Origin: a bacterium
Lineage (GTDB): Bacteria > SAR324 > NAC60-12
Reading direction: 5' to 3'
DNA length: 11,836 nucleotides
NCBI GenBank assembly: GCA_965233585.1
Contig: CBDDTI010000277.1
Span: 1 to 11,836, forward strand
Part shown: positions 1 to 8,115 of the stretch, one piece after another
How the letters are laid out: every line of letters starts with the position of its first letter
Position numbering within the stretch: the first letter of the stretch is position 1
Notes under the pieces: model-generated
The model's database searches: none
What the model was told of the DNA's origin: nothing
Seen by the model: the letters and a program-made list of their open reading frames with translations, nothing else
Translations under genes and position numbers: made by a program

Positions 1-1
1 G

Positions 2-310
2 AACAAAGATTTGACATTTGACATAATAGGGGATTTCAATTTAGATCTCCTTAAGTTTGAGTCACATCCTGGGACAAAAGATTTTTTAAATACCTGGATC
101 ATATTTCGTCACATTTCCAGCCCCAAATTTTGCAAGCAACCAGGATTACTGACCATTCATGATATTTTCTTGAACTCTCTAGAACATTTTACAATTTATT
201 AGTGGTATTTGAATTCAAGACCTAGCTGACCATTTGCCAAACTTTCTTGTTGTCAGTAAATTCTCATTGATGACATCCAGTCAATAGACTGGGCTCTATT
301 ATTCAGTGTT
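2..310 (+). mobile_element. Decayed non-LTR retrotransposon (CR1/L2-like LINE) ORF2 fragment, C-terminal half of the APE endonuclease
   Basis: Frameshifted translation gives IIGDFNLDLLK...FQPQILQATRITDHS...DIFLNS...SGI*IQDLADHLPNFLVV...IDDIQSIDW. The GDFN, (P)TR, D-x-I-F and (S)DHLP motifs are in the order expected for LINE APE domains. There are several frameshifts and stops. Confidence 0.85.
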
Positions 311-817
311 ATATGATGAGGCTTGTTTACTGGGGTACTTTGTAGATTGACAATCGTGACCCTTGACCCCCGTCTCATACCGGTCTTAGGCCAGAAAGTA
401 CATCACCAGCAATGCAGATGTATTTTACTTTCATGTTAACCAACTTCTCCTCTATATCATTTTTAGGATAAGATTTCGTGTTTAAATGAAGGTTTGATTG
501 ACACTTTAAAACAAAAATACACATTTTTTTACAACTCCCGTTATGTAGACATGTTGTCTTGCTCTCCTTACCTCAAGGATGTCTATATACACATCCCACA
601 GTAATGTTTGCTCGGCCCAGCAAGACTCAACTAAATTGATTGATGTGTTTCCATTTCTCTCTTCCTAGAAAACAGATGCAGCCGTCTGAACGAACCACCA
701 AAGGCAAACTCAATTCCTGTCACACACAGGTCAGTAAAGATTCTTTTGATCACAGTGGCTCCTGCCACACGGGGGGTTGGAAAATTTCATCTTATACGCA
801 TTTTTACCCTCCCCTCA

Positions 818-965
818 TGCATACTGGGAAACCTGTCTGTGCACTGAAAAATACAATTTGTGCACTGGGAAACTAATTTGTGCACTCAGAAATACATTTC
901 AGCACCCTCCCTCCCGTCTGGAAAATACATATTTGTGCACTGAAAAACATGTTTGTGTATTAAAA
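818..965. repeat. Degenerate ~20-21 bp minisatellite (TGTGCACTGRRAAAYAYAWTT-like)
   Basis: TGTGCACT-led units at 838, 859, 879 and 934, with looser copies near 818 and 954. Confidence 0.7.
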
Positions 966-1548
966 AGGAACTCTGACCTCTGACCATTTTTGCTCTTGTG
1001 CCCACAAACTGGTGTGCACCCTATCATGCCACACAAACCATAATATATACGGACATTCTGCTATCTGTACAGCTCAAAACCAGACGCCCATATAGTCGGG
1101 GGCGGAGGGGGGGGGGGGGGGGTGAAGGGACCGTTTTAGCAACTTCCGTGATACAGGAACACTACATATGTACATCTAATAAAAAAGGAACTCTGACCTC
1201 TGACCATTTTTGCTTTTGTGCCCACAAACTGGTGTGCACCCTATCGGGCCACACAAACCATAATATATACGGACATTCTGCTATCTGTACAGCTCAAAAC
1301 TAGACGCCCATATAGTCGGGGGCAGAGGGGGGGAAGGGACCGTTTTAGCAACTTCCGTGATACAGGAACACTACATATGTACATCTAATTGAAAAGGAAC
1401 TCTGACCTCTGACCATTTTTGCTCTTGTGCCCACAAACTGGTGTGCACCCTATCACGCCACACAAACCATAATATATACGGACATTCTGCTATCTGTACA
1501 GCTCAAAACCAGACGCCCATATAGTCGGGGGCGGAGGGGGGGGGGGGC
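961..1548. repeat. Tandem repeat, ~209-220 bp unit, ~2.7 near-identical copies
   Basis: AAAAGGAACTCTGACCTCTGACCATTTTTGC recurs at ~963, ~1183 and ~1392. The copies differ mainly in poly-G tract length. Confidence 0.95.
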
Positions 1549-1695
1549 GACTGCCTTGGGGGCCCTCATATTAATTCGCTTTATTACGCCTGTGCTGACA
1601 ATCTGGTGTTAACTTTATTTCCACCCACAAGCCAAAATATATACATGTGCCCTGCTCTCTGTAAAGATCGAAACTGGCCCCACAAATCATCCCGC

Positions 1696-1716
1696 GGGGG
1701 TGGGGGGAGGGGTGGG
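1696..1716 (+). other. G-quadruplex-forming motif
   Basis: GGGGG-T-GGGGGG-A-GGGG-T-GGG: four G-tracts of at least 3 with 1-nt loops. Confidence 0.6.
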
Positions 1717-2497
1717 TAAAATAAGATTTGCTTAATAACCTTTGTGATAATTATTATTAGTACTGAGATCCAAGTTTATTGAGCTAATACTTTATTGCAG
1801 CAATTCATTTTCATTCAGCACAAGCTTGTTAGCCTTGAATTATAAAGGTTGTATGTACGTGTATGCATGTAACATGGCTTACAAACCAGCCCTGTCTTAG
1901 CCTGCAGAGATTTTTAATGTTTGATTCTGGTTTCATTCCACTTGATATCGTAGGTTAAAATATATGCAACATGAACAATAAATAAACCTCAAGTTAATAA
2001 TGTCTATTTTACAATTCTAGACTGCAAGACTGACAATACACATAAGTCTATACTGCATGAAATTGCCTCCTCGAGGAGCACTGACAAGGTAAAGAGCAGT
2101 AATTGTCATCACAATTAACAGCACTTGGTTAAGCTAATTATCTACCTATTTATACACTTGTATATTGTGGAAAAGTAACACACTTGTCACAATAATGTAT
2201 TTCAATGTTTATTGTTGTTTTTTGTTTTCACAGAAAACGATTTGACAGTCTTTAACCTCCAATAGACACTTGGACTGCCTAAGACACTACGTGTTTTCGT
2301 GGGGCACTCCTCGTGTTTGGTCCCTGACAAGAAGCACAAGGTCATGAGCCTAGATCTGAAACTACAATAGTGTATTTACATAGTTGTTTCTACAGAGGTT
2401 AAAATGATATACAGTGCTATGTACAGCAAAATTTACAATAAATAAACCTTAAGTTCAGAGTTAAAATTCGTGCTTGACACTGACTATTGTTAACGTT

Positions 2498-2562
2498 AAA
2501 AACAACGTCAATAGAACTTCAAAGACGTTTCGACCAAACAGCTTCGGCCTTCATCGGTTTTT
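2498..2562 (-). ncRNA. Mirror copy of the hammerhead-like motif in the left inverted arm
   Basis: Exact reverse complement of 2921-2985. Confidence 0.7.
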
Positions 2563-2920
2563 TTAAAAAGCCAACTGAGTGACGGCTTTCTAACAGTTCA
2601 CAGTTCTGCGCGTGCTACGCCAGCAAAAAACATAACTAACGACCGCTGCGCGTGCTTACGCGAGGGATTTGTAAACATCTGGAATGTCAATGTGTTCGTT
2701 TCCCGCGTTGCTGTCTCTTTGCGAATACCAAGCCTCAAGAAATAGTCTCTCGTGGTATTCGCAAAGAGACAGCAACGCGGGAAACGAACACATTGACATT
2801 CCAGATGTTTACAAATCCCTCGCGTAAGCACGCGCAGCGGTCGTTAGTTATGTTTTTTGCTGGCGTAGCACGCGCAGAACTGTGAACTGTTAGAAAGCCG
2901 TCACTCAGTTGGCTTTTTAA

Positions 2921-2985
2921 AAAAACCGATGAAGGCCGAAGCTGTTTGGTCGAAACGTCTTTGAAGTTCTATTGACGTTGTTTTT
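2921..2985 (+). ncRNA. Type I hammerhead ribozyme-like motif (variant core)
   Basis: Stem I AAAAAC(2921-26)/GTTTTT(2980-85); core CGATGAA; stem II GGCCGAA-gctg-TTTGGTC; GAAA at 2952-55; stem III ACGTC(2955-59)/GACGT(2974-78); GUU cleavage triplet ending at 2979. Confidence 0.7.
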
Positions 2986-3432
2986 AACGTTAACAATAGT
3001 CAGTGTCAAGCACGAATTTTAACTCTGATGTCCATCCCTGACTGCAATTTCAGTATTTTCAAACCTTAAGTTGATAATGTCTGTTTTACAATTCTGTTAC
3101 ACTATTTTATTCTATTCAGTATCCCTTCCCTAACCCTTTACCTCCCCCGGCTCCCCGGTTTCGTATGAAACACTTGAAAGTTTTGGTAAAATGAAATTGA
3201 CGATGAAGTTTTGCCCGGAAGGAAGGAGCGGCACGGTGTAGGAGCCAAAAATTGGTTTACGAAGAGAATTAAGTCAAGAAAGTCGTATTCCCCGTCATCA
3301 AGGTATAAAACAAATACGCGTTAACTATTTTAACGAATAGCGAATTACTCGGTTAAAGAAAAATATCCATTCCTTCGGGAGGCTTGTCCAGGTATTACCT
3401 GATTTACAATAGGTTTCGAAGCACTGGACTTA

Positions 3433-3914
3433 AGCCCTGGTCAAACGGCTCATGATAGTCGATGATAGTTGAGCGCGCGCTTCCGTTTGACCACTAACTA
3501 TCATGCACTATCATTGACTATCATTCAGTTTGAGCTTGTTCAAATTCTTCATGATAGTCGATGATAGTTTTTCTCGTTTGACCACGCGTATGATAGTTCA
3601 TGATAGTTTTTCCGTCAGCTGTTTTGGTAATCACTGGCCCGATAGCGGTCAGAAAACATGCAGCCGCCCTCTTTCGTCGCGAAAAATTCATACTTTTACA
3701 AGTTTGTCTTACGGAACACCATTTAGTATTCACATTTTTACACAGAAGAAGCTTGGAACTCGCTGTTCTCGTGACTTTGCTCGCACGACTGCCGGTGAAC
3801 TATCATCAACTATCACGACCGTTTGACCATGTGAATATGATAGTTGGTGATAGTTGATGATAGTTAGGGGAGAATCAACTATCGTCGACTATCACGCGCC
3901 GTTTGACCAGGGCT
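3433..3914. mobile_element. MITE / non-autonomous DNA transposon, PIF/Harbinger-like (482 bp)
   Basis: 40-bp TIRs AGCCCTGGTCAAACGGC... at 3433-3472 and 3875-3914 (3 mismatches); TTA TSD at 3430-3432 and 3915-3917; many internal TGATAGT/ACTATCA and CGTTTGACCA motifs. Confidence 0.88.
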
Positions 3915-4187
3915 TTATACATAGTAAGAAAATCGCTATGCTCGAGTCTGAATTGTTGGCAAAGCAAATTTGTCATTAAATTGGAGAAAAACGTAGGTAA
4001 AGAGATATCCACCGAAAACTGTTTATGGAACAGTATTTAGTATCGGACGCTATGTGTATTTAAAACATTTTAATTTCCAATTTCATGAGTTTTATTGTTA
4101 AAATTATTTTAGTAAAAATGCAAGTTCCCAAGGTTGCTAAACTTTTTAAATTCTGTTCCTAAGTTTAATTTCTTTTGTTTTAATGCG

Positions 4188-4534
4188 TGAATCTTGATAT
4201 CCAATGAGGAATCAGATGAAAACAACGTGTGGTTTGGATACGATGTCCAAAACACGTGTGGTTTTCATCTAGGTTTTCATTGGATATCAAAATTCATCTA
4301 CGCCATTTTTTATTGGCTATCAAACTTATGAATTATTAATGCTTTTGAGAAGTTGTTTTTCTTCCTTCTTGAGGTTACTTGAAATGCGTCATTTTTGCAC
4401 GCGCGACAAATGCTGACGTGTGGCAGGCTAACGTAGCGCGCGCTATAAGTCTCGAAAAAACTGTAGTAAGCCACCTTAAATAAAACATGGGTTTTTGACG
4501 AATCAGAGCGCGCGCAGGGTCCTGTCTATATCTT
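4188..4534. mobile_element. Hairpin-headed non-autonomous element A (Crypton-like)
   Basis: Imperfect palindrome 4188-4296 (TGAATCTTGATATCCAATGA...TCATTGGATATCAAAATTCA); terminal box TAAAACATGGGT...AATCAGAGCGCGCGCAGGGTCCTGTCTATAT at 4481-4531. The left boundary is uncertain and the family assignment is from recollection. Confidence 0.45.
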
Positions 4535-4800
4535 AATTAAGCAACAAAGCACAAGCTTCTATGGGTTATAGGCTAATAAACCACGCGAGATGTTGGAAGA
4601 ACACGAGAAGAACTTGTAAGTCACGAGCCGCATTTACGAATTCTTCGAGTGTTTTTCCAACATTCCAAGTGGTTTATCAGCCTATAAACCAGAGAAACTT
4701 GTGGTCTATTGCTTTTATATAACAATTCAGAGGACACGGGAAATTTCCGTGGGTACCCACAGCTGATTGAGTAATCAGAGCACGCGCATTGATTTGAATA
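4535..4800. mobile_element. Hairpin-headed non-autonomous element B (Crypton/Eulor-like)
   Basis: Imperfect ~175-bp palindrome 4539-4714 (AAGCAAC...TATTGCTT) starting at TAATTAAGCAA; terminal box AATCAGAGCACGCGCA at 4773-4788. Confidence 0.55.
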
Positions 4801-5000
4801 TTTAACAACTATTCACCGAAGTGGAGGTGGCTAGCTACCGACACCGAGGTGAATAGTTGTTTTAGTATATACTGAAACAGGGAGATAATATCGCACAAAA
4901 AGATGATTACTAACCACTGTTTTAGTATATGCTAATATATAAAATCTCATAAAACATGGGTCTTTGGCCAATCAGAGCGCGCTCGGGATCTTATCTATAT
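4801..5000. mobile_element. Hairpin-headed non-autonomous element C (Crypton-like, short hairpin)
   Basis: Inverted arms AACAACTATTCACC (4804-4817) and GGTGAATAGTTGTT (4848-4861); the terminal box 4950-5000 matches 4481-4531 at 43/51 positions. Confidence 0.5.
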
Positions 5001-5411
5001 TGCGATGGCTGAACGAATGACTATATATCTTCCTTGTCAGTGATTTTGCCGGAAGAAAAATTCTAAATTCAATTCACCGCGCGGTCCCTTTGGAAGAAAG
5101 AAAGGAAGCAAGGAAGAAAGCGAATTTATTTATCATTCTTTACGTCGTTATTCAAGCCTTTTCTTTTCAAACGGTTATTCAATACACTCGAGCTTTCAAT
5201 ATAGAGCCTTCAAGTTAGGGTCGGTCTTGACAAAATGCGCTCGTGTAAGTCTCTTCTACAAGACAAAAGACAAGCTCTCATTCCTCTTGAGGTAACACAG
5301 TCAGGCGACTTAATCATCAAACAAACATTTTTTATCTAGAAACAAGAACTTTATTTTAAGAGCTACGATATCCTAGCAATGGACAATTGTAACAACTACA
5401 ATATCCTACCG

Positions 5412-5473
5412 ATAATAATAATAACAATAATTTGTATAGAGCAAATTCCACACAATGTTCAAATGCGCTTCAC
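5412..5473 (-). mobile_element. L2/CR1-type LINE or SINE 3' tail remnant
   Basis: The minus strand reads GTGAAGCGCATTTGAAC...GAATTTGCTCTATACAAATTATTGTTATTATTATTAT: an AAGCGC...GCTATA-type tail stem ending in (ATT)n, as typical of L2-clade 3' ends. Confidence 0.5.
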
Positions 5474-6051
5474 GACAAAATTACAAAGTCCAAAAATCGG
5501 ATACAATAATTAATACGACTATCAGAATAAAATAAAATGAAAGAACAATTATGAACGCTGCTCACTTCCTTAGCAACTTGATTAGCTAAGTTAACATTGC
5601 AGGCGACTAATTAAAGGATTGCGAAATCTATTGCTCTTTCAAACTTAAACTAGGCCTAGACGGCATGTCTTAACAATAAAACTCATTGAACAACTTGCAT
5701 TTTCGCCCCTCTCAGGCACAAAAGAAACTTATCAGCAACAAATTTTAAACTACCTGCTTGCTAACGACAAGTATTACAAATAAAACTAATCAGACAACCT
5801 GTAGTTTCGCGTCTTAGAGACAAATTTGAAACTACCTGCCTGCAGTCAAGTGGCACCGAACGACAATTGTCTTAAGAAATTTACTTTCCAACAAGCTAAG
5901 CGGTGTCTATGGAATCAGAACGGATAACAGACGTCGCTGAGAGATAGACGACGCAAAACCTTTAGGAAAGTGAATCAAGTTTTGGATTTTTGGTTATTGT
6001 ACTGCAGGCTGAACGGCAACTGCTCGAGAGGCCGTATGCCCTTCATCCAAT

Positions 6052-6868
6052 CTAGGACGGTTGACAGACATCGCTATGTTGGACAATAAGAATGCGACCT
6101 ATCGTGCAGTTGCATTTTCTAATTACCAGCCACATTCGGGATAATTGTCGGGTTCCATTGGTGGAAGACTGTAGTAGTCTCCGAACTTTTGAAAACTTTA
6201 CCCTGCCCGAGGGATAGGTGTAAACTACCGCAAATTCCCTGTAGCGAAGATAGTTGCGAAGTTGCCTTTTCACTTGGCGGTAACTTTGGTTTCGTCTCAA
6301 TAAGCTGTAAAAGTTTGGGTGGTCTGTACCTTGGGCGAAATGACCAGCGCTTTCCATAAATCCGTTCCTATAAGGCTCGTAAACAAACGCAGGTCCGCTT
6401 TCCGATCTACGAACTTCGTCGAGTGAAAGCAAATTTAGCAGAAGGGCGTGTAGGATGTCACAGTTGATGAGCAGATAACCACAGATTCTTATTAGTGACA
6501 CTAGGTCGTCTTCTGCGCACAGGTAAAATCGTCTGCGTTCCAGCATATCGAAAAGTAAATCTAGCCCGTCTTTCTGGAACAAATCTGACAGACAGCTGAT
6601 TTCGTGAGTGCTGGCTTAGACAAACACTGCAATTGCGCTCGCTCGGACTATGGCGAAGAAACGCACCGTAAAAGTCACTCACGTAGCTAAAGAGAGGCTG
6701 CGATAATGCACGACAATAATTTCTCCACGGCAGCGAAACCACCGTTTTATCATCGCTGGCAAGGAAGTGCTCGTACAACTGTGGAAGTAGGCCGATTTCT
6801 CTCAGCACCTCGTCGATGACTTGATGTTTCATTCTTTCGGCGAAAAGCGACATCAATCCACTAGCCAT
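6052..6868 (-). pseudogene. Orphan gene of ~270 aa split by one frameshift near 6600-6606; Cys/His cluster; function unknown
   Basis: ORF 6458..6868 (ATG start) and ORF 6052..6582 join into ...RNCSVCLSQHS/EISCLSDLFQKDGLDLLFDML.... The composition is protein-like and the start overlaps the recombinase stop. Confidence 0.6.
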
Positions 6869-8115
6869 GATTTTTTTTTGGACGTTCTTAACTCATAGAC
6901 GCCGTTGGAGTGTGAATAGACAACATCGACTGGATAAATCAAGGCATTGGTTGCCTCTCTGTAGCTTTTTCCTGCTTCGAGCTTGAATTTTCCCGGTTCT
7001 AGCTCCGAAAATTCCGCGAGATAGGCAGTTTTTCGATCGTCAGAAATCCTCAACACCTTAGCCACAAAAACTTCAGGAACGCTCTTGTTGGAATTGGCTA
7101 CCACCAGCGCTACAACGTCTCCCTCTGCTGGTAGCAATTCGATGTTCAATTCTTCGTCCTCGTCGCTAAGAACGTCTACCGAACCTTCCCCTAAGCTTCG
7201 AGAGGCCATGGACCCTAACAAGTGCAAGGCCTTGCTTTTCTTCTGAGCCAAAGGTCTTTCACCATAGTAACGTTTCTGTGTCCTGACCGAATGTTTCATT
7301 AACGTGGCAAACGACTCTCTTAAGGAATCATCGCCGCTTTCAGGCAAAGACAAAAAGTGGTTTACCACAGCTTTTCTGATGTCCACCGTGGTTAATTTAA
7401 GACTGAAATATCTCTCGAACAAGGCGGAAACGTAATAGCCATAAGATGCCTGCGAGAACGGGTCGCCTCTGGTATTGACAAAAAAGTAGTCGTGCTCTTT
7501 CCCACATAGCAAAAGGGATCTCAATTTGCTGCAATAAAGCTGCAAATAGTAAGTTAGAAAGGTAAGCGGTGTTAAATCCGTGCGATTTGGATCGTAGGTA
7601 GCTCGCGTCTTGTAGTCATCCTCAAACAAAATGACACTGCCGTCCTCGTTGAAACATATAAAATTTTGATTTTTTGACTGCTCTGCACTCTGATCCTTAT
7701 AAATTCGGAGCGTGACGTATTCTTTTACGCGACCCGGATTGGCAGCGCAATATAACAGTAGCAGGCATAAATTCATGCAACTCGTTGCCCGAACAATTCC
7801 GCTCTGTTCCTGTACTTCCCATTTTATTTCGCAACAAAGCTCGAGTAATTCTGAATAGACAACTTTCTCGAATTCAGGTTTCTGGGCCTGGGAATCCACG
7901 CGCTCTTTTCTGGCTAACCGCTCGAGCTGTCTTTGAATAGCCCTGATTTTCTCGGAGACTTCGCTCGATACCGTACCGTAAGAATCTAGTGGCACTTTCA
8001 GCACATTGATCAAAGCCGCAATATACCGGCTGCAGGTAACAGGTTTCACGCCTCGCTTATTCATCATGAATTGCACAAATTCTTGCACCAACTCCGGATT
8101 GGCACAGTGAACCAA
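6853..8115 (-). CDS. Tyrosine recombinase (phage-integrase fold) catalytic region plus C-terminal beta-rich domain; open 3' part of a longer disrupted gene
   Basis: Catalytic residues in the expected order and spacing: R129 (LLLLYCAANPGRVKEY), K169 (YKT), R247 (VDIRK, the HxxR position), H275 (LMKHS) and Y284 (TQKRYY), plus the box HDYFFVNTRGDPF. Confidence 0.88.
   Translation of the reverse strand: MVHCANPELVQEFVQFMMNKRGVKPVTCSRYIAALINVLKVPLDSYGTVSSEVSEKIRAIQRQLERLARKERVDSQAQKPEFEKVVYSELLELCCEIKWEVQEQSGIVRATSCMNLCLLLLYCAANPGRVKEYVTLRIYKDQSAEQSKNQNFICFNEDGSVILFEDDYKTRATYDPNRTDLTPLTFLTYYLQLYCSKLRSLLLCGKEHDYFFVNTRGDPFSQASYGYYVSALFERYFSLKLTTVDIRKAVVNHFLSLPESGDDSLRESFATLMKHSVRTQKRYYGERPLAQKKSKALHLLGSMASRSLGEGSVDVLSDEDEELNIELLPAEGDVVALVVANSNKSVPEVFVAKVLRISDDRKTAYLAEFSELEPGKFKLEAGKSYREATNALIYPVDVVYSHSNGVYELRTSKKKSWLVD

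Larger units (their letters stand above)
2456..3060 (+). mobile_element. Penelope-like element (PLE) non-coding insertion: inverted pseudo-LTR pair plus tail
   Basis: Perfect inverted arms 2456-2730 and 2753-3027 with a 22-bp spacer, an unpaired 33-bp tail at 3028-3060, a 12-bp TSD AAACCTTAAGTT at 2444-2455 and 3061-3072, and a hammerhead-like motif in each arm. Inverted pLTR, short tail and hammerhead together are the known PLE signature. Confidence 0.8.

Noticed and set aside
640..983. Short ORFs 640..876 and 777..983
   Set aside because: Non-ATG starts, overlap with the minisatellite, and no recognisable domain.
998..1612. Duplicated ORFs MPTNWCAPYHAT...
   Set aside because: By-products of the tandem repeat: GTG starts, a poly-G tract of variable length, and a stop in the middle copy.
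2598..2885. Mirror-image 77-aa ORFs on both strands
   Set aside because: A consequence of the palindrome; no protein motif.
2456..3027. Palindrome as an amplification or assembly fold-back artefact
   Set aside because: The 12-bp TSD, unique tail, hammerhead motif and reconstructable empty site argue for a real insertion.
3521..3857. Three overlapping short ORFs
   Set aside because: They lie inside the MITE and show no transposase motifs.
6853..8115. Bacterial xerC/intI, prophage or true integron
   Set aside because: The context is eukaryotic (LINE, PLE, MITE, satellite) and canonical XerC/IntI motifs (HxLRHS, LGH) are absent, so no gene symbol was assigned.
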